Below are positions 55,661 through 64,000 of a stretch of 64,000 nucleotides of DNA, one piece after another. The position numbers and the translations under genes were made by a program. The notes below the pieces were generated by a model, which did not search any database, was not told where the DNA came from, and was given only the letters and a program-made list of their open reading frames with translations. The stretch's first letter is position 1, and every line of letters starts with the position of its first letter. The stretch comes from a virus (taxonomy: Duplodnaviria > Caudoviricetes), in IMG/VR virus record IMGVR_UViG_3300037140_000081, positions 477 to 64,476 of that record; one strand, written 5' to 3'.

Positions 55661-58416
55661 TAGACCTCCCTCAATTCTTTAACTGTGGGCGCCATTTGGA
55701 TATTAGAAATATCCACCCTGGCAGTTACCCGGACCTGCCAGAACTCGCATTTCTGGCCTGAGTTGATCCGCAACAGCTCGCCGGACGACCGCAGCTCTCG
55801 GGTCGTCACCACGTTGCCGTCCCCGTATACCTGGATAATACCATACTGCCCGGGGTCTAGGGTACTCCAACTTCCATCGTCCGCGGCTGCCTCGTTACGC
55901 TTGGCATTCTGTGCGGGCGTCCCAGGTGGGATGCTAAAGAAGACCCGCATGGCTGCCAGGTTGTCCTTGAATTTCTGCTGATATAGCTTGCTGGTCCAGA
56001 TATATGACTGTATAGTAGGCGCGAAATCGGTAAAGTCATAGTAGTTAATGTTACCCTGTTGGATTAGCATAGTAATACCGGTCCAAGGATCGTTTATTAC
56101 ATTGGCTATATCTTGACTATTCGGCGCCGTCAGCTGACTAAACCCGATGCGATGGCCGCCGGGCTGGGGCCAAATAGTGAATGACGAGCTATCTGCCGCG
56201 TTCAATTCAATCGTGAACCCGTTCTGGGCCTGTGATGCATCACCGTCGGCGCCGATAGTCCCGAAGGCAAAATAGCACGACGACTGCATGACGGCATGCA
56301 AGTTTTTCTGCGGGGTCAACTGGGCCCATTTATCCCGCGTGATCCACATTTCAGTGGTGTTCACCATTGGGCCAGTAGTCACAATTTTGATCAGGCCCTT
56401 CGTGCTGGAATAATACATGCCTTCACTGGTGGCTAGGATGGACCCACGCGACGTACACGGGGCGCTCTCCGGGAACTTGAGTAAGGTCATGCTACCTGGG
56501 TTGACACCGGAGGCAGTGTAAGGGGTGCCGTTCGTCGCGGCTACTACGGACGTACCAATTATCCCGAGACCTACAATAGGGAATTCCGTGGTGATGACAT
56601 ACCCCGGCGGCCATGCATGCGGCCGATACGGTTCAGAGAACCATATCTCGTTGTCACGAAACCCGACGGACATGCCATTTGGCATAGCGACAATACCGTT
56701 GACACCTTGCTCCGGTGGGAACCAGGTTGTGCTGGGCAGTTGAAAATTTTGTGCGATGATCGCACCGGACCAGGTGTCGGCAACCTGTAATGTTCCTGTA
56801 GACACCAGAGTGCCATCCGTCGCTTGGGTGTCTATAACCGTCGTGACTGTATTTGACACAATATCAATGTCACCCACCCAGAAAAATACTGTTGATCCAG
56901 TGAGAGCGGACACCGTTCGGTAAATCCTGAGGGCCGTTATATTTCGTACTACCCCCATGTCATCCGGCACGGGGGGCGTCATCTTAACCGTCCAAGTACC
57001 GTTGGACCAGCCGGTAGTGAGCGTCGGCGGGCTAGGCGGGCTCTCCTCCCCATACGCAGACAACCAGGTGTACACATAGGCTCGCACGTCTAAGATTGAA
57101 GACGTAGTACAGTTCGCCCACATTTGGAAATCGGGAGTAGTGGTTGAACCCGAAAAAATCCCTGGAGGACCATTGGTCCAGGTATTAGATTGCTGCAACC
57201 CGCCCGCATTATTCGCGTCATCGGCTAACTTAAAGCCTACCGAGGTATCGGCCATAAAACCGATCCAGTATTTCGTGGCATTCAACAGCCCTGGCGGCTG
57301 GGAGAACTGACTTATGATCGGCACGCCGGTCACGCAGCCAGTAATAATGTCACCAAATGAGATCAAAGTGCCCGGAGCCCCTAGATTATCTGAGTAGAGC
57401 ACGGCAGCACATTTGCCAGTCGTGGTGGGTGAGGCGGGCATAATCTCTATACTATCCAAAGACATAGCCCCGGTAGTGGTAATTGGTGCAACCCATATTG
57501 TATTGGCGCCGGGCACATTATTATTGATCGACGTGGACGTAGGCAAACCTAGCAATGTCTGGTTGCCGCCCCCCGCAACGGAGACAGCCGGAGCAACACC
57601 AGGGGGGTATAGCCCCAGAGCCCAAGCGGGCAAGCCCGCGGCAATGCGGTCATAGGTGTTGTACTGCGGTGCCAATGAAGGGCTAGAGAAATAATAGCGG
57701 TTGAATTTGTCATCGACCACCGGTGACCGCATTACCTCGGTTTCCTGGTCCAGGAACTCCAACCAGGTAGCTGGTCCGGTGATCGTGTTGTCAAATGACT
57801 TATTCACGCCTCCAACATACGAAGGGTGTACCCAACTCATACGAGCACCGCCAGTGCTCTCGGTTGTCGTAGTACCATTGTATGCGGCACCAGGATCATC
57901 GGCTACCACGTTAATACCGCCAGGGAAACCTCCGCCGCCGCTCCTAATCGCGAAAGAGTTCTTCGTGATGGGTGTGGTCCGGTCAACCGCCATGTTGGCA
58001 TATGTACCAGTGCCATAAAGAGTACCAGCGCCGGCGGACAAAGTGATTGCAGCAAATAAATTTATCGCGCAAGCGTTTCCATCAACACCAATTAATACAT
58101 CAAATGGGTTCACCAAGGCGGCAACGAACTTGTAGGTCACCTCCCCGATTTTTACCGTGTCACCAGCCAGTGGGAGAACATTTATATATAGTGAGTTGCC
58201 CGCGGTGCCGCTGGTTATAGTTGGTACGCGATAAGCAAATTTCGCCGCGGAATTTACCAGAGCCCGCAGCAGTTTAGGCACGCGCCAGCCAGTACAGCTA
58301 CCTGAGAACAGGTAGCCGTTGGTAGACTGGGCAGCTTGGCCTTCGGGTAATAGCGTAGTGTCCCAAGCGGGCAACTACAACATGCCGCCGAATTGTTGAA
58401 TTTTGATCGGGGCCAT
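55660..58416 (-). CDS. Tail nozzle / stabilisation protein with in-frame TAG at codon 14
   Basis: AAGGAAGG SD plus ATG 58416, MAPIKIQQFGGML*LPAW..., then 904 open codons with 'YVYTW...GEESPPS', 'IYRT', 'FSEPYRPHAWP'. Confidence 0.8.
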
Positions 58417-58419
58417 GTG

Positions 58420-58791
58420 CTACACCTTCCTTTCTAGGTAGTCTGCCAACGCTCGGAGGCGCTGTGGATCATCTGCTACTTGACCGAGTGCCATATTGCA
58501 CCCATTACAGAGTATCCCGCGAACTATCCCTGTTTTATGATCATGGTCAGTTGACCAATGACCGGTTTTCCGACCGGGAAAAATTGACTTACATATAGCA
58601 CAAGCCCGGCCCTGTGCGTCAAACATGGCATCCCACTCGTCAGGAGTGAGATTATAGTGGCGCCTAAGATCATAAGTACGATACTGGTGTCTCATCTTCC
58701 CTGGGTTTGCAGCTCGCCACTTCAACGTGTACGCCTGGTGCTTGGCCTTCCCTTTGGGCGTATTTAGGTATTTCCTTTGTGCAGGGCGCAT
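58420..58791 (-). CDS. Endonuclease VII-family homing endonuclease
   Basis: 'HYNLT...QGRACAIC...TDHDHKTGIVRGILCNGCNMALG'. Confidence 0.9.
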   Translation of the reverse strand: MRPAQRKYLNTPKGKAKHQAYTLKWRAANPGKMRHQYRTYDLRRHYNLTPDEWDAMFDAQGRACAICKSIFPGRKTGHWSTDHDHKTGIVRGILCNGCNMALGQVADDPQRLRALADYLERKV

Positions 58792-58794
58792 CGG

Positions 58795-59169
58795 TTACAA
58801 CGTTCTAGGTTTCAGGACAGCATCGGTACCTTGTTTCATGTTGGGGACATAATCTTTCGGGCGATAGACCGGTGTGCTCGTACCCTGTGAGGGGTCGCGC
58901 TTGGGCACAGGGCGGTTCTTTTGGGCCTCGGTGGCGAGTGCAACGCGCTTGGCGCCTTCGGCCATTTCGAGTTGCGTTTGGGTTGCAATGGCCTGGGGTA
59001 CGGGAGGGGGGACATACACCGGCTCTACCTTGTTTCGGTTGGCCAGCACCTCGGCAACGAAATCATCGCGCCGGATCGTGGCCGCGTCGCGGGTAGCGAT
59101 CTCGGGCTCAGGACTTGCCTGCGTTGGCTGATCCGCTGGCAGATGCAGTGTCGGTCGGTCCGTTGGCAT
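58795..59169 (-). CDS. Hypothetical protein
   Basis: AGGAG SD, 124 aa. Confidence 0.65.
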   Translation of the reverse strand: MPTDRPTLHLPADQPTQASPEPEIATRDAATIRRDDFVAEVLANRNKVEPVYVPPPVPQAIATQTQLEMAEGAKRVALATEAQKNRPVPKRDPSQGTSTPVYRPKDYVPNMKQGTDAVLKPRTL

Positions 59170-59356
59170 TGGTATCTCCTACGTTGGTGGGTTTTATCGC
59201 GGAAGCATTGAATGCGCCTCCAATAGCGGCCTCGCGGGCTCCGTGGTCCTTGTGTTCAGCCCGACCTTGGGAATAGAGAATACGCGGCCGGGCGGACGAT
59301 GCTGCCATCGCCGCGGCCAAGGTAGCGTGCGGCTTCTTAATCTTTCGTTTAGGCAT
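59108..59356 (-). CDS. Hypothetical basic protein
   Basis: Starts directly after the upstream stop. Confidence 0.45.
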   Translation of the reverse strand: MPKRKIKKPHATLAAAMAASSARPRILYSQGRAEHKDHGAREAAIGGAFNASAIKPTNVGDTNANGPTDTASASGSANAGKS

Positions 59357-59357
59357 T

Positions 59358-59585
59358 TTAAGCCCTGTTTATCAGCTCACAAGCGGGCTTTAGCCGCGCT
59401 TTAAATGGTTGAAAGTCAGGGTTAGCCTTGCTCAACTGTACTAACAAAGAAACAACATCGAGCTTTCCGTCACCTGCAACATAGACTTCGCAGACCTCTT
59501 TAGTAGGGAAAGAGAGGCCTTTTCGCACATATCGGTGCGTTACAGCGGTAGCGGATACCGCCAAATACACGATCATTTCAAACAT
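59358..59585 (-). CDS. Hypothetical protein
   Basis: 75 aa, 'FPTKEVCE'. Confidence 0.5.
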   Translation of the reverse strand: MFEMIVYLAVSATAVTHRYVRKGLSFPTKEVCEVYVAGDGKLDVVSLLVQLSKANPDFQPFKARLKPACELINRA

Positions 59586-59690
59586 GTCAGTGTGCCCCCA
59601 GCGCTACAAACGCAAGAAAGCCCCAAAATAGGATCACCACTAGAAACGCGACGCCGGCGCCGGAGGGCCCTGTTTTATGATATCCGCCCA

Positions 59691-59951
59691 TTAGAACCCC
59701 GGACAGTGCAGGCTGATCCCTAGCCTGTTGCGCGCCGCCAGATCGGGGGCTAGTGCCCTGCCAGCCAACCGGCCGTGCTTGTTGCTGGCAGTATTGTAAC
59801 GGATCGCGCCAGGCTTGGTTGGCTTCGCGTTAGCGGCCAAAGCCTCACACACATTGGATATATCGCCCTGGCTACTGGTAGTAACGCATCCAGCGGGGCC
59901 GGCGGCGCCCATGAGCAGCACCGAGGCAGCTAATAGGAAATACCGTTTCAT
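59691..59951 (-). CDS. o-spanin (Rz1-like lipoprotein)
   Basis: Signal peptide and lipobox 'MKRYFLLAASVLLMGAAGPAGC'; end of the lysis cluster. Confidence 0.7.
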   Translation of the reverse strand: MKRYFLLAASVLLMGAAGPAGCVTTSSQGDISNVCEALAANAKPTKPGAIRYNTASNKHGRLAGRALAPDLAARNRLGISLHCPGF

Positions 59952-59952
59952 G

Positions 59953-60330
59953 TCAGTTCTCCGAGTTACGGTCCAGATACTCAATAGCCAACCTAAGAAT
60001 GGTCTGGTTGTCTTTAAAGCGGCCTAAACCGTTGTTACAGCCATTACACAAAACACCCCGTACCTTCCCTGTTTGGTGATCATGATCTATCACCCAGCCA
60101 TGCTTAAAGTCAGGATCAGGACGTTTACAAACCCCGCAGCAGAACCCTTGCCTAGCAAATATAGCATCTCGTGCTTCCGGGGTTAGCCTATACTTCCGTA
60201 AGAGAACAGACGCAGCCCAGCGCACGTGATTTTTCTTATACCAAGCACGAGCATACGCTTTTCGTTCGGGCAGGTGTAGCGCCCGGTCCTGTTTTCCCCA
60301 CTTTCGTTTTTGAGCTAACGTTTGTGCCAT
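59953..60330 (-). CDS. Endonuclease VII-family homing endonuclease
   Basis: 'KYRLT...QGFCCGVC...IDHDHQTGKVRGVLCNGCNNGLG'. Confidence 0.9.
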   Translation of the reverse strand: MAQTLAQKRKWGKQDRALHLPERKAYARAWYKKNHVRWAASVLLRKYRLTPEARDAIFARQGFCCGVCKRPDPDFKHGWVIDHDHQTGKVRGVLCNGCNNGLGRFKDNQTILRLAIEYLDRNSEN

Positions 60331-60331
60331 T

Positions 60332-60712
60332 TTAATTCCGGGGGTCGTCGTAGGGGTCATGTGTCTTAGACGGCGATGTTGCCTTATCGACCTTTTTGTG
60401 GACAGTGGTAGTGACAACCACCTGTCTAGCTTCGCACTCTATCTTGGCATCACGGGCGCCAATATACTCTCCGCCCAGAACCAACGCAACTGCAAACGCG
60501 GCCCACAGCAAGTCCTTACGCAGCGGCTTGAAGAAGTCAGCCAAGATGGGGCCCACCAGAGGAATTCCGGCGAGCAACTGACTGCCAAAGGCAAGACCGA
60601 GCAAGATCGCGATGGCAACCCAGCCGAGGCCCTTATGCACAAGACTGTCCCATGCACCCGCAAACGCGAGTTCAACGCCCATAACAAGCTTGTCAAACAA
60701 CCATCCGAACAT
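60332..60712 (-). CDS. i-spanin (Rz-like) membrane protein
   Basis: TM segments then a short soluble tail with Cys; directly after the endolysin. Confidence 0.55.
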   Translation of the reverse strand: MFGWLFDKLVMGVELAFAGAWDSLVHKGLGWVAIAILLGLAFGSQLLAGIPLVGPILADFFKPLRKDLLWAAFAVALVLGGEYIGARDAKIECEARQVVVTTTVHKKVDKATSPSKTHDPYDDPRN

Positions 60713-60714
60713 GA

Positions 60715-61422
60715 CTATTTCTCCATAAACCAGTGGATTATACCACTGTACCAGTGGGTTGGCGCCGGAGCAGGTGTCACTACTATACCCTTTATCGGTG
60801 CATTTGCAATCACTTTCGGCGGCAGAACGATGGCAGCAGCTTCCTTATCCGCGGTCTTTTGATCCACATTATACGCCGGCTCGGCCATAACGCCTGAGTT
60901 TGGCAGCGGCGGCTCATTGTTATTCAGGCACAGCTTACGCTCGGCTGTGCGCCGATTTTTCAAACCCTGCCGGAACTGGCCATTAGACTTGACATACAGC
61001 ATCAGCGCATCGCAACCATGTGTAGGGTTACCAGCGTTGATATATCGGGCGACGCTCGATTTACATAGCGCGCCGCCTCCCACATTGTAGGTGAACGAAA
61101 TAATTGCCGCGTGCCGATATCCCGGCATCGGGACATGAATACAGCGTTCAACCTGCTTCTCGTAGCGTGGCAAGTCATTAGCGAGGATCACACCAGCCTG
61201 AACCTTCGTGACCTTGTCACCAATCCGCACGTTCTCAATGTGACCATATCCAATAGTATTTACGCCCCGCGGATCAATCGGATCATGATGGCCAGTCGGC
61301 GCAAAGCCTTCCCACACGACGATACACGCAACCGCGGCTGCTACCCAGCCACCGCGCCCCTTTGGGTTGATTGGCGTCACGGCATTGTCAAGCGCCGGAT
61401 TGTTGAGGCTCATTTGGCTCAT
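60715..61422 (-). CDS. Endolysin, GH24 lysozyme (possibly SAR type)
   Basis: 'WEG...DP...TIGYGH', 'SFTYNVG', 'GLKNRR..ER.LC'; weakly hydrophobic N-terminal segment. Confidence 0.92.
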   Translation of the reverse strand: MSQMSLNNPALDNAVTPINPKGRGGWVAAAVACIVVWEGFAPTGHHDPIDPRGVNTIGYGHIENVRIGDKVTKVQAGVILANDLPRYEKQVERCIHVPMPGYRHAAIISFTYNVGGGALCKSSVARYINAGNPTHGCDALMLYVKSNGQFRQGLKNRRTAERKLCLNNNEPPLPNSGVMAEPAYNVDQKTADKEAAAIVLPPKVIANAPIKGIVVTPAPAPTHWYSGIIHWFMEK

Positions 61423-61736
61423 AGATCAACGCCTTTTTGGTTCATCAAGCGGAAGAGGCCACCGCCGAAAACGAGAACGATGACGAGCGCAGCGAACGCG
61501 CGCGGAGGGACCCACGATATGAAAGCGGGAACGATCATGTACGCAGCGGTGATCCCCATGAGGACAAATTGCACACGCATCGACCACAGCTTGTGGAAGT
61601 CCCGCCAGTTCGGGTCGAACCACAACGCCGCTTGCTGGCGCGGCGTCTCTTTCCCGATTTGCGTCGGGTCAGTCTGCACCACGCGAGCGGGTGCGACTTC
61701 GAGAACTACCGGGGGGGTGGGTTCCGCCACTGTCAC
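61419..61736 (-). CDS. Holin
   Basis: 'NWRDFHKLWSMR' plus two TM segments, immediately upstream of the endolysin. Confidence 0.7.
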   Translation of the reverse strand: MTVAEPTPPVVLEVAPARVVQTDPTQIGKETPRQQAALWFDPNWRDFHKLWSMRVQFVLMGITAAYMIVPAFISWVPPRAFAALVIVLVFGGGLFRLMNQKGVDL

Positions 61737-62176
61737 ACCGCGTCTTCGATCTCAGTGGCGATCTTCTTGACCTCGTCCTCGACCACCTGGAGTTCGGCCT
61801 TCACCCGGCTACCGAAAGACGGCTTTGTGTCCCGCACCGGCACGGGACCCTGCACCGCCGACGTGGCGACAATCACAGTGTCGGGAGGAACCGCTGCGGG
61901 CTGATTTGAGACAGCCACCTGAGCGTCGGCAACGCGCTGATCTTCCACGGCCTTCGCCGCATTGGTAGTCTCAGCCAGTTCATTAACAGTCTGTATCTTG
62001 AACGCGTTTGGCGTTGCAGACGTTGGGTCCAACACAGCAACCTGTAAAACTTCCGGGGGCTGAGTTGAAGTGTCCGTCAATCCCTTTAGGACGGCCTCGG
62101 CCTTGGCTTCCACTTCCTTCGCAGCGCTAGCCACTTCGGCCATTTCGCGGGCGGTCAATTCCTCAATCGGGGTCAT
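61733..62176 (-). CDS. Hypothetical protein
   Basis: GGAG SD, Ala/Val/Glu-rich. Confidence 0.6.
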   Translation of the reverse strand: MTPIEELTAREMAEVASAAKEVEAKAEAVLKGLTDTSTQPPEVLQVAVLDPTSATPNAFKIQTVNELAETTNAAKAVEDQRVADAQVAVSNQPAAVPPDTVIVATSAVQGPVPVRDTKPSFGSRVKAELQVVEDEVKKIATEIEDAV

Positions 62177-62189
62177 GTCAGTTCTCCGG

Positions 62190-62474
62190 TTATGGCGCAA
62201 TTACGTGGAAGTTGATGGTGTCATTGCTGACTTCCGTTGTATTGCTAGTGGCTACAACGGCAACGGTAAAGTCTTCATTAATAACCCCGCCGGACACGAA
62301 AAACGTGATTTTATGGCCCTCTATAATGGCCACCCCGGAGATCGTTGCACTGGGCATACTGGACGTTACCGCGGCGGCGGTGAGCCAATCACCATCGCGC
62401 AGCGCGTCGCAGTACTCAACATAGTACTGACGCACATTTCCTACGGTAAAATTCTTCTTTGTTAAGAGCGCCAT
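62190..62474 (-). CDS. Small beta-rich virion adaptor protein
   Basis: 'Y.VEY...L..GD.L...FFVSGG' pattern. Confidence 0.55.
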   Translation of the reverse strand: MALLTKKNFTVGNVRQYYVEYCDALRDGDWLTAAAVTSSMPSATISGVAIIEGHKITFFVSGGVINEDFTVAVVATSNTTEVSNDTINFHVIAP

Positions 62475-62478
62475 GATG

Positions 62479-62958
62479 CTATGTCCAAGTTATTACCATT
62501 TTACCATTTGTACCTGCATAGGCACCAATGTTGCCAGCGATGCCGCCGCTGCCAGTGTTCCAAGACACTAATTGCCCTACTCCGAATGCTCCAGGAGAAT
62601 ATGTTTTTAGACAGAACCCACCAAACCCACCTGGACCACCGCCGCTAATGCCCGCACCCCCTGCGGAGCCGCCGTAACTGTGGTTTATATCGCCACCAAC
62701 AGCGGTACCGTTGGCGCCTATACTGCCATAACTGCCGCCGTGACCACCGTAAGCGTGCAAAGTTGCAAAACCAGAAGCCGACCCAGTGCCGCCTACATAT
62801 CCGGACGTACCACCGCCGCCGCCGGCGCCGTATAGTTTAACTACCAATGAATTAAACGCTGGTATAGGAAAATTTCCGGAACCAGCATACGGTTTTGAAT
62901 ACGACCCAGCAATAGCCGTTGGGTCCATTAGCATTGCGCCTGAGGTTGCTCGTGCCAT
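62479..62958 (-). CDS. Glycine-rich fibre-associated protein
   Basis: 'FNSLVVKLYGAGGGG...MVITW'; paralog of 240-977; TAATG overlap. Confidence 0.7.
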   Translation of the reverse strand: MARATSGAMLMDPTAIAGSYSKPYAGSGNFPIPAFNSLVVKLYGAGGGGGTSGYVGGTGSASGFATLHAYGGHGGSYGSIGANGTAVGGDINHSYGGSAGGAGISGGGPGGFGGFCLKTYSPGAFGVGQLVSWNTGSGGIAGNIGAYAGTNGKMVITWT

Positions 62959-64000
62959 TATGTTAACTTCGTTCCAGAGATTATCCATTCAGTTGAAGTC
63001 ACTTTGAGCGCAGTTGCAACACCGTCAGCACCGAGCGACCGGTTGCCGGTAGTGCCCGCGCCGGCCAAGCGCATCGTATCCGTGGTGATGGCTATCGTGA
63101 TCACACCCGCAGAGTGTTGATTGACGAACGTGAGAACGGTACCAATCGGATAGGCGACGTTAGCATTGCTGTTAATTGTCCAGGTGCGCGCGGTCGTATC
63201 CGCGCTCGGATGGAAGACATGACCCCCCGCGTCTGCAAGAACTAGGGTATATGCTGCGCTCTGCGAGTTCTGTGGTAACGAAGCAGCACCGGTGGCCCCG
63301 GTGATGCCGGTTGGGCCAGTCCCGCCCACCGTCCCGTTAAATCCGGTCATACCGGTTGGACCTGTACTACCCGCGGAACCCGCAGCACCCGTGGCTCCTG
63401 TATTCGTCGCAGTTCCAGGAGAACCGGTGTTGCCGGTTGGCCCAGTGACAGTGCTCGCCGCACCAGTGGCTCCTGTAAAACCAGTTGGACCAGTAACAGT
63501 GCTAGCAGCACCTACCGCACCGCCTGCACCGGTGTTGCCAGTTGGCCCAGTGACAGTGCTTGCCGCACCGGTGTTGCCGGTTGGCCCAGTGACAGTGCTC
63601 GCCGCACCAACGTTGCCAGTCGGACCAGTGACAGTGCTCGCCGCACCCCCCGCACCAACGTTGCCAGTCGGGCCCGTGGCTCCTGTATTCGTCGCAGAAC
63701 CAGGTGAACCAGTGATACCGGTTGGTCCAGTAATGCCTGTCGCGCCGGTTGGCCCGGTGTTACCAGTAGCACCGCCGCCGGGGCCCGTTGCGCCTAGCGT
63801 TCCACTTGGACCAGTTGCACCTGTTACGCTGGGACCAGTGTTACCGGTAGGCCCAGTCACGGTGCTCGCTGCACCTGTGATGCCAGTCGGTCCTGTGATG
63901 CCAGTCGGTCCTGTGATGCCAGTCGGTCCTGTAGCGCCGGTGTTTGTTGCTCCACCAGCAGCACCAGTTATGCCCGTCGGCCCCTGTGGGCCCATACTAC
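62958..64000 (-). CDS. Collagen-like (GXT) tail fibre, probably 5'-truncated by the window edge
   Basis: GPT/GAT/GNT repeats, tandem '[12 protein letters not shown]' units, C-terminal domain paralogous to 977-1978. Confidence 0.8.
   Translation of the reverse strand, partial: SMGPQGPTGITGAAGGATNTGATGPTGITGPTGITGPTGITGAASTVTGPTGNTGPSVTGATGPSGTLGATGPGGGATGNTGPTGATGITGPTGITGSPGSATNTGATGPTGNVGAGGAASTVTGPTGNVGAASTVTGPTGNTGAASTVTGPTGNTGAGGAVGAASTVTGPTGFTGATGAASTVTGPTGNTGSPGTATNTGATGAAGSAGSTGPTGMTGFNGTVGGTGPTGITGATGAASLPQNSQSAAYTLVLADAGGHVFHPSADTTARTWTINSNANVAYPIGTVLTFVNQHSAGVITIAITTDTMRLAGAGTTGNRSLGADGVATALKVTSTEWIISGTKLT

Noticed and set aside
58375-58377. Genome-wide TAG reassignment as the explanation of the in-frame stop
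   Set aside because: TAG ends several genes at sensible positions (5804, 6191, 58420, 62479), long genes have no other internal TAG, and no CUA-anticodon tRNA was seen.

Overview
The window is nearly a whole, circularly permuted genome of a podovirus-like dsDNA tailed phage. The host is probably an alphaproteobacterium, inferred from a CtrA-like regulator, CtrA boxes and an FtsZ-tail-like peptide. Minus strand 17.3 kb to 1: portal, sulfotransferase, two collagen-like GXT proteins, a five-gene glycan-synthesis cassette, scaffold, major capsid, head-tail proteins and a collagen-like fibre. This late module continues from 64 kb down to 44.4 kb: second fibre, lysis genes, tail nozzle, three ejection proteins and an Ntn peptidase. 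Plus strand 17.4-20.2 kb: terminase genes, divergent from the portal. At 20.2-23.6 kb are small leftward genes, at 23.7-24.4 kb a repeat-rich divergence region, and at 24.5-44.4 kb early and replication genes (M28-like peptidase, two tRNAs, split family-A polymerase, nucleotide hydrolases, Cas4-like nuclease, VRR-NUC, SNF2 helicase, primase-helicase). I saw no integrase, RNA polymerase, reverse transcriptase or CRISPR array. Most notable: (1) the tail nozzle gene is interrupted by UUG-UAG-UUG just downstream of a homing endonuclease, a candidate minimal ribosomal stop-hop cassette; (2) two tRNA-Glu-like genes both have an 8-nt anticodon loop; (3) a candidate system for glycosylating, methylating and sulfating Thr-rich collagen-like virion fibres; (4) cell-cycle hijack parts; (5) eight free-standing endonuclease genes, one splitting the polymerase. 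All family assignments come from motif recognition by eye, not database searches.
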